Shown here: piece by piece, positions 10,462 through 20,294 of the stretch | Layout of the letters: every line of letters starts with the position of its first letter | Numbering within the stretch: position 1 is the stretch's first letter | DNA from: Acidobacteriota bacterium | GTDB lineage: Bacteria; Acidobacteriota; Terriglobia; 2-12-FULL-54-10 | DNA length: 64,000 bases | Assembly (NCBI GenBank): GCA_009691245.1 | Contig: SHUM01000009.1 | Coordinates: 7,960 to 71,959 of the forward strand | Direction: 5' to 3' | Notes under the pieces: generated by a model | Database searches by the model: none | Seen by the model: only the letters and a program-made list of their open reading frames with translations | Told to the model about the DNA's origin: nothing | Translations under genes and position numbers: made by a program

Positions 10462-12633
10462 CTAGAAACTCCACAGACGCGTGTACTTGACCGTCATACT
10501 CCAATCGTTCAATGAGCGGCGGCGGTCGCGGACATCGTTATAGACCACGTAAATGTCGCTCAGCGGGCGGTAGATGAAGCGGTAGCGAAGGTTCGAGCTG
10601 ATGGTATCCGTCTCGCTGTTGTATTGGACGAAGGAGTTCAAAAACATTCTGGCGCTGAAGGAATAGTCCGCGCGGAAGCCAAGCAGATTGGTGACGAACG
10701 CGCCTTCGGGCAGGTCGATATCATTGCGCTCCAGGCTGACGATGGTGGAGAGGCGGTAGGTGGGCCGGTACTGTGCGCTGGCGGTGATCTCGGTGCGGTC
10801 GCCGCTGTAGAAGCGGGCCCAGACGTATTCCAGCTTGCCGGAGAGCGGTTTGCTGGTGTCGGAGAAGAACCAGGCTTTGGACTCATTGAAATGGTAGTCG
10901 CGGGCGGGCAGGATCACGGCGCGGCTGACTTCGAATGGCTGCCGCAGCCGCTCGAAATTTTGCTCATAGTGCGCGCCGAAATCGCTGCCGTCCTGAAAAT
11001 TCAAGCGCACCTGGGAGAGCATGTACTTCGTTTCGGTGCCGCCTTCACCGAACAGGATGTGTTGGGTCAGATTGGAGACGAACACATCGCGCACGTAGCG
11101 GCCGATCCGAGACTGCGTATTGAGACGCGGCTTGAGCTCAAGAAAATTTCGCAGGTTGCGGCGGTCGCGTCGCCGCACAAAGCCCATCTCGGGATTGAAG
11201 TTTCGTCCGATGTCCACCACGCTACCAGAGGCTCGGAAGATGTTGGTGTTGTAGTCAACTTCGGCCTTGCCCAGACGATTGTCGCCTTCGCGTTCGGGAG
11301 TCCATGTCTGCGCCAGAGCGCCGCTGAAGCGCAGTGTGTTGCGGAGGAACAGCAGGTTGCCATCCGCGCCCAGCGCACGGTTGTGGTCCTGATCCAAGCC
11401 GGAGCGGCGGTTGAGAAACATTAGGCCCACATCGGAATTCTGAAAAACATTCCGACGCAGCCGCGCCACGCTGAAGTTGGTTGCCGGGACGGCAGCGTCC
11501 GAGCGCGTCTGCATGTTGAGCAGGCCGAGGTAATATTCACCCGCCCGTCCCGTGAGCCGCGCGCCGCCCAGGATGGGAACCGGCTGGCCACCAGCGAGTC
11601 CAATCGTCCGGCTGTGAAATAAGAGAGCTTCCTCGTTGGTCAGCGAACCGAATTGAAAGATGCCCGCGTTCTCCAGGAAGAATTCGCGTTTTTCCGCGAA
11701 GAAGAGCGGGAAGCGCGTCAGGTTCACCTGCTGCGTGTCCGCTTCCACATGAGAGAAGTCGGTGTTGACGGTTAGATCGAGGCTCAGGCCCGGCGTGAGG
11801 CCGTACTTGAGGTCCACGCCGCCATCGGGGTCGAATTTCGTCTTTTCGTCTCTCGATGCGAAGCGCGTTACGCCAGCCAGCGCGAAGGGTTTCACATAGA
11901 AGTTGCGGCCCGGCTCGACGTTTTCGATGCCGCGCAGCTCGCCCGCCATGGCGATGCCGCTGATGCCGGTGTGCCGCCGGGGGAGCGGCGACCAGAAGCT
12001 TACTTCATTGCGCCGGCGAATGCGCCGGACAAATTGCGCACCCCACACCTGCTCTTTCTGCCGGCTGAAGCGAAGCGTGTTGAAGGGAATGGCCATCTCC
12101 ACGGTGTAGCCATCGTCGGTGAATTGGCCCTCCGAGTACCACACGCCATCCCAATTCACGTTCTGGTTGCGGCCCTCGCTGAAGAACTGGATGTCGCGCT
12201 GATTGCCCAGCACGGTGGCGCCCAGATAGTAGCCGTTGCGGTCGTCGTTGAAGGTATCCAGGATGACGGCGATGTAGTCCTGTTCCTGAATGTCGAAGTC
12301 ATGGCCCAGATCATTGATGATGACGCCGTTCTTGGTGCGGTCGTGGCACCAAGCCGCCACGTAAAGAAATTCCTTGTCGTACAGGACGCGGAACTCCGTC
12401 TTCTCCGTGGGGGGCTGTCCTTCTTCGGGTTCCTTCTGAACCAACCCCGTGATGAGTTCCGCCGTCTGCCACGCGGGTTCATCTGGCTTGCCGTCGATGG
12501 TGATTTTGGCGTCGGTGAAGCGGGCATGGGTAATCAGCTTGCCGTTCGAGCTGGTGGCGTCGGGGGCTTGCGGGCGGAGCGGCGCAGGCAGGGCGATCAA
12601 CAGCAATGCGACTGGAAGCAGCAACCTGCCCAT
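10462..12633 (-). CDS. DUF5916 / carbohydrate-binding family 9 (CBM9)-like outer-membrane protein, paralog 1
   Basis: Start moved to the internal Met, giving signal peptide MGRLLLPVALLLIALPAPL. It has a CBM9-like N-terminal domain (GKPDEPAWQTAE...DTFNDDRNGYY...WDGVWYS) and a beta-rich C-terminal region ending in Phe (YTRLWSF), typical of OM beta-barrels. Confidence 0.7.
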   Translation of the reverse strand: MGRLLLPVALLLIALPAPLRPQAPDATSSNGKLITHARFTDAKITIDGKPDEPAWQTAELITGLVQKEPEEGQPPTEKTEFRVLYDKEFLYVAAWCHDRTKNGVIINDLGHDFDIQEQDYIAVILDTFNDDRNGYYLGATVLGNQRDIQFFSEGRNQNVNWDGVWYSEGQFTDDGYTVEMAIPFNTLRFSRQKEQVWGAQFVRRIRRRNEVSFWSPLPRRHTGISGIAMAGELRGIENVEPGRNFYVKPFALAGVTRFASRDEKTKFDPDGGVDLKYGLTPGLSLDLTVNTDFSHVEADTQQVNLTRFPLFFAEKREFFLENAGIFQFGSLTNEEALLFHSRTIGLAGGQPVPILGGARLTGRAGEYYLGLLNMQTRSDAAVPATNFSVARLRRNVFQNSDVGLMFLNRRSGLDQDHNRALGADGNLLFLRNTLRFSGALAQTWTPEREGDNRLGKAEVDYNTNIFRASGSVVDIGRNFNPEMGFVRRRDRRNLRNFLELKPRLNTQSRIGRYVRDVFVSNLTQHILFGEGGTETKYMLSQVRLNFQDGSDFGAHYEQNFERLRQPFEVSRAVILPARDYHFNESKAWFFSDTSKPLSGKLEYVWARFYSGDRTEITASAQYRPTYRLSTIVSLERNDIDLPEGAFVTNLLGFRADYSFSARMFLNSFVQYNSETDTISSNLRYRFIYRPLSDIYVVYNDVRDRRRSLNDWSMTVKYTRLWSF

Positions 12634-12721
12634 TGATTCCGTTCGATGGTTCTCTGCATTGCGGATGGATTTGCAACAGCCCCTTGCGGCATGAAGTTGG
12701 GGAAGTTCGCTCAAGAATGAA

Positions 12722-12759
12722 ACCAGCCTCTCAAAAACTGACCAGCCTCTCAAAAACTA
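12722..12759. repeat. 19-bp direct tandem duplication (ACCAGCCTCTCAAAAACTR x2)
   Basis: Two adjacent 19-bp copies span the stop codon of the downstream DUF5916 paralog and the intergenic spacer between the two paralogs. Confidence 0.5.
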
Positions 12760-14936
12760 AATAGGTGCGTGTACTTGATCGTGAGGCTGCTGTCGGCAAG
12801 CTCGCGGCGGCGGTCGCGCACATCATTATATACGACGTAGATGTCGCTCAACGGACGGTGAATGAAGCGGAAGCGGATGTTCGAGTTGATCGAGTCCGTC
12901 TCGTTGTTGTACTGGAAGAAAGTATTTAGGTACATCTTGGGATTGAATGACCAGTCAATGTGCGAGCCCACCAGATTGGTGGTGAACTCCCCGCGCGGCA
13001 TCGTGATGTGATTTCGTTCGTAGTCTAAGGTAGCCCGCAGTCGGTATCCAGATCGGAGAATTGTGTTCAGGTTCCATGTCTGAATGGTGCCGTCGTAAAA
13101 ATTGCCCCATCCATACAATACGAGACCGGAGATGGGCTTGCTCTGGTCGGAATGGTAGCCAATGGCAGTCTGACTGTATGGAAAATCACCGGAAAGGACG
13201 GGAACGGCAAAGGGTAGATCAAAAGGCCGAGTCAGTCTTTCAAACCTTCTCTCATGCTGGACGACTAATACGCTGCCATCCTGAAACTCAAGATTGAAAG
13301 GCATCAAGAGACTTTTTGTTTCAGTGCGGCCATCCGAAAGGACAACATACTCGGAGGTAACCAGCGGCACCCAGTCGCGCACCCACTTGCCGAGCTTGGA
13401 GTCGGCGTTCTGACGGATGCGCCATTCAAACTCGTTGCGCGCGATGCGCCGCCCGCGCCGCTGGACAAAGCCCATGCGCGGATTGAAGTTCGCTCCGATG
13501 TCCAAATACGAGCTGAAGAAGCGGATTTCGTTGTTCTGATACTCGCCTTCAATTTTCTTGATCCAGTCATCGCCTTTCAGATTGGGTGAATCGGTGCGGG
13601 CGGCCAGCGTGCTGAGGCGCAGATCGGTGCGGAAGAAAACCAGGTTCTGGTCCACGCCAAAGGCGTGGTTCGTGTCATTCGGCAGGCTCGATTGCCTGTT
13701 CAGAAAGATCGCGCCGACATCCGAAGCGCCGAGAATGTTCTGCCGCACGCGCGCAACAGAAAAGTTTGTTGCGGGTATATTGCGCTCTGAACGCGTCTGC
13801 ATGTTCAGCAGACCGATGGAGGTGTTGCCTTGCCGTCCGCTGAGGCGCGCGCCACCGAAGATGGGAATGGGCTGACCGCTTTCGAGTCCAATAGTGCGTG
13901 AGTGGAACAGTAGCGCCTCATTGCGCCGCAGCGCGCCGAACTGGAAGATGCCGGAGTTCTCGAGGAAGAACTCGCGCTTCTCGGGGAAGAACAGCGGGAA
14001 GCGTGTGAGGTTCACCTGCTGCGTGTCGGACTCGACGTGCGAGAAATCCGTGTTGCCGGTTACGTCCAGCACCATGCCGGGCGTGATGCCGTATTTAATG
14101 TCCAAGCCGCCGTCAAAGTCGCCATCGGCCTTTTTCCCGCGCGAGGCCAGCCGCTCCACGCCCGCAATGGCGTAGGGCTTGATCTGCAGGCTGTGGCCGG
14201 GTTGCACATCCTCAATGCCGCGCAGTTCGCCGGCGTAGGACAACGCGCGCGTCAGACTATAGCGCCGCGGCGGCATGGACCAGTAGGTACTCTCGTTGCG
14301 CCCCCTCATGCGGCGGTAGAAATGCACGCCCCAGGTCTGCTGCTGATCGCGATTGAAGCGCAGCGTCTTGAACGGAATGGCCATCTCGACCGTGTAGCCA
14401 TCGGGGCCGCGCTGAGTTTCCGCATACCACACACCATCCCAATTGGTGTTGCTGGAGCGGCCTTCGTCAGAGACTTGCCTGTCGTGCTGGCTGCCGCCGG
14501 GGGAAGTGGCAAAGTAGTAGCCGCTGTGGCCGTCGTTGAAGGTGTCGAGCAGCAGGGTGAAGTAGTCCTGGTTGAGCGTGTCGAAGTCGCGGCGAATATC
14601 GTTGTTGACGATTTTGCTCGGCGTGCGGTCGTGGCAGATGGCCGAGACATAGAGGAAGTCGTGATTGAACAGCACGCGGACTTCGGTCTTCTCGCTGGCC
14701 GGCTCGCCCTCGCGCGGGTCCTGTTGGAGAAAGTCGGCATTCACTTCAGCGGTCTGCCAAGCAGGCTCATCGAGCTGCCCATCAATTGTGATGATTGAAT
14801 CGGTGAATATGGCGTTCGAGACGCGTCTTGATTTCGTGGCATCTGTTTGTCCAAACAGAACAGGGATCGTTCCGAGAGCCAGAAGGAAATACATTCCTCG
14901 GGCACCAATACGCCCGCCAATCATTGCAAGATTCAT
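12750..14936 (-). CDS. DUF5916 / CBM9-like outer-membrane protein, paralog 2 (tandem duplicate)
   Basis: About 55% identical to paralog 1 over full length (DEPAWQTAE, LLDTFNDGHSGYY, TVEMAIPFKTLRF), with a C-terminal YTHLFSF. The start was chosen at the Met giving signal peptide MNLAMIGGRIGARGMYFLLALGTIPVLFG. Exact start is uncertain. Confidence 0.7.
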   Translation of the reverse strand: MNLAMIGGRIGARGMYFLLALGTIPVLFGQTDATKSRRVSNAIFTDSIITIDGQLDEPAWQTAEVNADFLQQDPREGEPASEKTEVRVLFNHDFLYVSAICHDRTPSKIVNNDIRRDFDTLNQDYFTLLLDTFNDGHSGYYFATSPGGSQHDRQVSDEGRSSNTNWDGVWYAETQRGPDGYTVEMAIPFKTLRFNRDQQQTWGVHFYRRMRGRNESTYWSMPPRRYSLTRALSYAGELRGIEDVQPGHSLQIKPYAIAGVERLASRGKKADGDFDGGLDIKYGITPGMVLDVTGNTDFSHVESDTQQVNLTRFPLFFPEKREFFLENSGIFQFGALRRNEALLFHSRTIGLESGQPIPIFGGARLSGRQGNTSIGLLNMQTRSERNIPATNFSVARVRQNILGASDVGAIFLNRQSSLPNDTNHAFGVDQNLVFFRTDLRLSTLAARTDSPNLKGDDWIKKIEGEYQNNEIRFFSSYLDIGANFNPRMGFVQRRGRRIARNEFEWRIRQNADSKLGKWVRDWVPLVTSEYVVLSDGRTETKSLLMPFNLEFQDGSVLVVQHERRFERLTRPFDLPFAVPVLSGDFPYSQTAIGYHSDQSKPISGLVLYGWGNFYDGTIQTWNLNTILRSGYRLRATLDYERNHITMPRGEFTTNLVGSHIDWSFNPKMYLNTFFQYNNETDSINSNIRFRFIHRPLSDIYVVYNDVRDRRRELADSSLTIKYTHLFSF

Positions 14937-15193
14937 CAATACCCACTTTGTTTGCTTGTCTGGAAAAGTTCCAGGAAGTGGACATTTTATGATGAAACAA
15001 CAGTCAGTGGATGAAAAAAGTGGCCTCGACTGGGTGATAGGGTAGGTAGCAAGTCGAGATGCATGAAAACCAGATGCCTTCAATTGTACGCAGATATTTG
15101 AAGCGGGGATTTGCCGTTGCATTAGACTGCCGCATTTACTCTGCTGGAGTGGAGTGTGGAGAATATACAAGCACGAAATGACCCGAAGTACGG

Positions 15194-16804
15194 ATGAACA
15201 TGCCGCCCAGCCTAGCTAAAACGAATTTGAATACTATTGTGGCGGCTGCAGCGCGCGATGGTTCCTCCATCGACATGCTCGACGCGGAAATTCTAAGTCG
15301 GGTTCTTGGAAATATCAATCTGCCGATTCTGGTCACGCAGAGCGATGGCCGAATAGTTTTGTGGAACCGGGCCATGGAAGTGTTAACCGGCAAGACTGGC
15401 GCGGATTTTTCTGAGTTTAACGCGGATCATATGTCGGTTGCGGGGCAAGCCGCCGCCGATCAGCAATTAGCCCGCAAGGCCCTGGAAACAGGCCAACCAC
15501 AGACCCGACATTCTGAATGGCGCACTCACGATCAGACTGAGACGCCAGTAGAACTGCAATACTCCGTTCTTACTGGGAGCCGTGGGGAAACTTTGTTGCT
15601 GCTTCAGGCGCGTAACCTAAGCGAGCGACATAAGCTGGAATTGGAGCTGCTACAGTCGCAGAAAATGGAGTCCATTGGGCGGCTGGCGGGCGGAATCGCG
15701 CACGACTTCAACAATGCCCTCACCACCATACTGGGCCTAACCGAATCCATGATCAGCGGCCGCACCGCGCCGAACGCCGAGAGCCTCAGCGAAATTCGCC
15801 ACGCCGCGCAGCACGCCGCTGACTTGACCAGTCAGATGCTCGCCTTCAGCCGTCGGCAGATTCTCCAGATGCGCAACATCCATCTGGAGTCGGTAGTGGA
15901 AAACCTTGGCAGAATGGTGGCTAGGTTGATTGGTGAGGATATCAATCTCGCCGTCACCGCCCAGGCACCGCTTCCTGCGATTCGCGGAGATCAGTCGCAA
16001 ATCGAGCAGGTGTTGCTGAATCTTTGTCTCAATGCGCGTGATGCCATGCCCAAGGGGGGAAGTCTGCGTGTTGAGTTGCGAAACGTAACGCTTGACCCCG
16101 CATGGTGTTCCAAACGGTCGGGCTCAAGACCGGGAAATTTTGTGGCCCTATCTGTGAGCGATAGCGGCATGGGCATGGATGCGGAAACGTTGACGCGCAT
16201 CTTCGAGCCGTTCTACACGAAGAAAGCGGTGGGCAAGGGAACAGGTCTTGGCCTATCGATGGTGTACGGAATCGTGGAGCAGCACGAAGGATTCATAGAT
16301 GTGGAAAGCGCGATGGGAAAGGGCTCGACGTTCACAATATATTTCCCCGTGGCTTCCGCCGAATCGACTCCGCAGGCTGAGGTTGCCCGGACGGTTGCTC
16401 CGCCAGTCCAAAGTCGCGCGACGCTCATTCCTTCAATTGCTGCCGCCACAATCCTGGTGGTGGAAGACGAGAAAAGTGTCCGCAAGCTCTTTCTGGAATT
16501 GTTGCCGAAGCTGGGCCACCGCATTTACTCGGCGGCAGACGGCGATGAGGCGATCAAAGTGTTTGAGCGTTGGGCCGGCCAGATTGATCTGGTATTGCTC
16601 GACGCGATAATTCCCAAGACAGGCTCTGGCGAAGTATACGAATACATTCGACGGAAGAAGCCTGGTGTACGCTTCCTGTTTACCAGCGGATACAACGAGG
16701 TCTTTATCAATAAGAAGTTTGAGCTGGATCCCAATATGGTATTTCTGCGCAAGCCCTTCACCACCCAACAGTTGACGGATAAGATCAGCGCCGCGCTGGC
16801 TTAG
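15194..16804 (+). CDS. hybrid sensor histidine kinase (PAS - HisKA - HATPase_c - REC)
   Basis: PAS-like N-terminus, H-box GGIAHDFNNALT, HATPase G-boxes (DSGMGMD, GKGTGLGLS) and a C-terminal receiver (ILVVEDE...LVLLDAIIP...FLRKPF). Confidence 0.85.
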   Translation: MNMPPSLAKTNLNTIVAAAARDGSSIDMLDAEILSRVLGNINLPILVTQSDGRIVLWNRAMEVLTGKTGADFSEFNADHMSVAGQAAADQQLARKALETGQPQTRHSEWRTHDQTETPVELQYSVLTGSRGETLLLLQARNLSERHKLELELLQSQKMESIGRLAGGIAHDFNNALTTILGLTESMISGRTAPNAESLSEIRHAAQHAADLTSQMLAFSRRQILQMRNIHLESVVENLGRMVARLIGEDINLAVTAQAPLPAIRGDQSQIEQVLLNLCLNARDAMPKGGSLRVELRNVTLDPAWCSKRSGSRPGNFVALSVSDSGMGMDAETLTRIFEPFYTKKAVGKGTGLGLSMVYGIVEQHEGFIDVESAMGKGSTFTIYFPVASAESTPQAEVARTVAPPVQSRATLIPSIAAATILVVEDEKSVRKLFLELLPKLGHRIYSAADGDEAIKVFERWAGQIDLVLLDAIIPKTGSGEVYEYIRRKKPGVRFLFTSGYNEVFINKKFELDPNMVFLRKPFTTQQLTDKISAALA

Positions 16805-16987
16805 CTAGCGGGGCAGCCGCTCTCCACGCATGGCAATTAAATCCTGCGATTCAAAGTAATGATCCAGCTTGTGCAAAATTTGATTCTTATTAGGGACGGC
16901 CTATCCAGAGTTTTGAATCTTGCTTCCGAATGTGTGCTGGCCAACAATTCAAAGGTAAGAACAAACGCGTAGTGAACCTGAAAATCT

Positions 16988-17233
16988 ATGATTCCCATGG
17001 CCATTAAGACTGATATTCTCGCACAGCCTACTTTCGGAAATCCATCAATTGCGAACGAAAAACAGGCAAATAAGCTTTGCCATGACGTCAGCGGACCACT
17101 TACCTCGATCCTCATTAACTGTGAAATGATCCTGGAAGAGAATTGATCCGAGGAAATCCGTGCAAAGGCCGAAACAATTCTCTCGGAAGCGATGCACATC
17201 AATCAGTATCTCCGCGAATTCCGGCAGGACTAG
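16988..17233 (+). pseudogene. orphan HisKA-domain fragment with in-frame TGA (17144-17146)
   Basis: MIPMAIKTDILAQPTFGNPSIANEKQANKLCHDVSGPLTSILINCEMILEEN-TGA-SEEIRAKAETILSEAMHINQYLREFRQD*. There is an H-box-like HDVSGPLT and no ATPase domain. It lies in a lower-GC stretch between two signalling genes. Confidence 0.4.
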
Positions 17234-17432
17234 ACGGTCCTTGCATCCGCTTCCTCCTCCAATGTCCCAAAGACAACTAAAATGACCCACCTCATTAACC
17301 GATAAACTCTCTGAGGATTGGCATTGCTTCTGGTTTCGGGGAAGGTACACTTTCCCGCGTCCCTCGGCGCTGGTATTCTGAGCCCGCCGAGCATGCTCTG
17401 GAGCCAGCCCTCCGAGAGGTTGACAATTAGGT

Positions 17433-18530
17433 ATGCATTCTCCGGCGGGAACATCACCTACTTCTGTTCTGATTATCAGTAACGACTCGGCCACAATTCA
17501 GTCTGCCTTGTCCAGTCTGCCAGCAGGTCATAACGCGGCAGTTGCTTACGACCTTACTTCTGCGCTGGCACAGCTGAATCACGCGGATTTCAACTTGGTC
17601 ATCTGCGAGATTCGATTGCCGGAGTTATCAGGAATCAAGCTGCTGGAGCGAATCTCATCGGCTGCGCCTTTAGCTGGTGTCGTGATGATTTTCTCCTCGA
17701 GGGACTGGGCAGTATCCCTCGAAGCGATGCGGATGAGTGCTTGCGATTGCCTGGAAAAGCCTGACCGTGATGATAGCTGGAGTGTCCGACTGGCGGAAGT
17801 TTGCGCGACACGCCGCCGGGATGCAGATGAACGGGTGATCCAGCAGATGCTTCAAGTGACGTTAAAGGATCGCACGGAGCAACTCCACCGCGCTCTTGCT
17901 GAAGTTGAAAATAGCCGTCGCGACTCAGTGGAAACCTTGGTAATGGCTCTGGATAAACGGGAGAATGCCACTCACCTGCACTCGCTTCGCGTGCAGGCTT
18001 TTACGATGGTGCTGGCTGGCCATTGCGATTACAGCCCGGAAGATATGAAGGATTTATCTGACGGAGCGCTACTGCATGATATTGGGAAGATAGCGATTCC
18101 CGATTCGATTATCCTCAAGCCGGGTCCCCTGACAGCCGAGGAGACGCTGGTTATTAAGCAGCACCCAGCGCTTGGTTATCAGATATTGTCTCGCTTGCCG
18201 CACCTCGAAGCAGCGGCCGATCTGGCGCTAAAGCATCATGAGCGCATGGATGGCAAAGGCTATCCGTTCGGTTTGCGTGGGTCGGAAATTCCACTTAGCG
18301 TACGCATCTTCGCGGTCGCGGACGCGTTGGATGTAATTGTCAGCGGGAGATCATACTGTAAGCCCCGTTCCATTAATGCTGCGCGGGCTGAATTGCTGCG
18401 CTGCGCAGGGCCACAGTTCGATCCGGATATTGTGGATGTTTTCCTGAGTATTCCCGGAGACACCTGGTCTGCCGTGCAAGACGAAGTCGTCGCACGATTT
18501 CCTTTCAATGAGCTACCGCTAACAGCCTAG
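17433..18530 (+). CDS. response regulator with atypical receiver and HD-GYP phosphodiesterase domain (RpfG family)
   Basis: HD-GYP signature HHERMDGKGYP plus HDIGK. The N-terminal REC-like domain has Glu in place of the phospho-acceptor Asp (FNLVICEIRLPE) and ND in place of the acidic pair. Confidence 0.85.
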   Translation: MHSPAGTSPTSVLIISNDSATIQSALSSLPAGHNAAVAYDLTSALAQLNHADFNLVICEIRLPELSGIKLLERISSAAPLAGVVMIFSSRDWAVSLEAMRMSACDCLEKPDRDDSWSVRLAEVCATRRRDADERVIQQMLQVTLKDRTEQLHRALAEVENSRRDSVETLVMALDKRENATHLHSLRVQAFTMVLAGHCDYSPEDMKDLSDGALLHDIGKIAIPDSIILKPGPLTAEETLVIKQHPALGYQILSRLPHLEAAADLALKHHERMDGKGYPFGLRGSEIPLSVRIFAVADALDVIVSGRSYCKPRSINAARAELLRCAGPQFDPDIVDVFLSIPGDTWSAVQDEVVARFPFNELPLTA

Positions 18531-18814
18531 CGGCAGTGATGTCTGCGTTGCTGCAATCCATTTTTTTAGTTAGCACACCACAATACACCACGACGCGGCC
18601 CGATACTCCTTTGTCGCGCTCTGACCACTTTCGTCGCGTGAAGCCGCCGTTCCCCGAATGGCACATTAATAGATCTCGAAGCGAGAGTGTATTTACTCTG
18701 CTCCGTACCGATGCCTACACTTGTTCTGAATCATTTTGTGATAGTTCGTGTGCCCTTGAACCATTTGATTCTGGGAGCATTCACCAGAGGGATGGTAGAT
18801 CGTTTTCGCCAACC

Positions 18815-20230
18815 ATGTCACAGGTCAGACAGAAACCGGAAGGATTTGCCAATCAACGAATTCTCCTCGTTGAAGATGACGCCGAACTGCGCCACTCCCT
18901 GGGACTTGTGCTGAGTCAGCTTTCGTCTGAAGTGGAGGCTGTGCCGGACGGTGAGGCCGCAATTGCCCGCCTGCGCAACTCCATATTCGACGTGCTAATC
19001 ACTGACCTGCGTCTTCCCGGCTTCTCGGGCGAAGAGGTTATCACCCAGGCGAAAGCCATCTATCCCGACTTGATTGTCATAGTGGTTACCGGCCACGCCG
19101 ATATCGGAAGCGCAGTACGTATGATGAAGCTGGGCGCCGCGGACTACATCCAGAAGCCATTTCTAAAGGAAGAGTTGGTTCTCCGGCTCAAGAAAGCCGT
19201 TGAGGATCGCCGTCTGCGCTGGGATTCTCGCGCTCTGGAAGAAAAGAGCCGCAAGAGTTCGCTTACGCAACTGATCGGTGACGGCCCAGCTTTTAGCCGC
19301 GTTAAAGAGTTAATCATGAGTGTCGCGCCAAAGCGCAGCACCGTGCTGCTGGTTGGTGAAACGGGCACAGGGAAGGAACTAGTCGCACGGGCCATTCATC
19401 AGAACAGCCAGCGCAAGGATTACCCCATGGTCTCAGTCAACTGCGGCGCGATACCGGGTAACCTCATGGAAGATGAGTTTTTTGGCCATGAAAATGGCTC
19501 TTTCACCGATGCGCATCAGTTGCGCATGGGCCGGTTTGAGCAGGCCAACCGCGGCACATTGTTTCTTGACGAAATTGGCACGATGCCTGTCGATCTTCAG
19601 GGTAAGCTTCTGAGGGTATTGCAAGAGCGCGAGTGCCAGCGCATCGGCGGCAGCCAGACCATCAAGCTGGATGTTCGATTCATCGCCGCGACGAATATCA
19701 ATATAGAAGCGAAGGTGCGTGATGGAGCATTCCGCGAGGATCTCTATTACCGCCTGAATGTATTCCCGATTTTCCTTCCGTCGTTGCGAGAGAGGCGCGA
19801 GGATATTCCGCTCCTTTCGCTGCATTTGCTCGAAAAAATTGCGGTCATCGAGGGACTCGCGACGAAACAGATTTCGCAGGACGCTCTAAAATTTCTAATG
19901 GCCTACGATTGGCCCGGAAACGTTCGTCAGCTTGAAAATGTGCTGGAGATGGCCATCATCCTGGCCGGGGATCGTGACTATCTGTTGCCTGACGATCTTC
20001 CTCCCCTTTGCCGTTCCGGAGTAGCCGACGATCCCATCCCCCGTATCGAAGTGCCTCCCGAAGGCGTCGATCTGAATCAGCTGGTATCGCAATATGAACG
20101 CGCGCTGATCGAAGAGGGTCTACGGCTCTCGAATGGCCGCCGCACCCAGGCCGCCATATTGCTGGGTCTCAAGCGGACCACGTTGCTGGAAAAGATGAAA
20201 CGCTTCGAGCAGCACGCAGTTAATGCGTAA
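18815..20230 (+). CDS. sigma-54-dependent Fis-family response regulator (NtrC family: REC - AAA+ - HTH)
   Basis: REC (ILLVEDDAELR...DVLITDLRLPG), sigma54-interaction domain (GETGTGKELVARAIH, GAFREDLYYRLNV, the GAFTGA-like ESFGHENGSFTDA) and a C-terminal Fis-type HTH. Start placed at Met94 of ORF 18536..20230, just before REC. Confidence 0.85.
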   Translation: MSQVRQKPEGFANQRILLVEDDAELRHSLGLVLSQLSSEVEAVPDGEAAIARLRNSIFDVLITDLRLPGFSGEEVITQAKAIYPDLIVIVVTGHADIGSAVRMMKLGAADYIQKPFLKEELVLRLKKAVEDRRLRWDSRALEEKSRKSSLTQLIGDGPAFSRVKELIMSVAPKRSTVLLVGETGTGKELVARAIHQNSQRKDYPMVSVNCGAIPGNLMEDEFFGHENGSFTDAHQLRMGRFEQANRGTLFLDEIGTMPVDLQGKLLRVLQERECQRIGGSQTIKLDVRFIAATNINIEAKVRDGAFREDLYYRLNVFPIFLPSLRERREDIPLLSLHLLEKIAVIEGLATKQISQDALKFLMAYDWPGNVRQLENVLEMAIILAGDRDYLLPDDLPPLCRSGVADDPIPRIEVPPEGVDLNQLVSQYERALIEEGLRLSNGRRTQAAILLGLKRTTLLEKMKRFEQHAVNA

Positions 20231-20294
20231 TAGGCTGTGGCCGGGGTTAAGCCACTCGCAATCGTTGGAATTTGTCGCCAGCCACCAGCCATTC

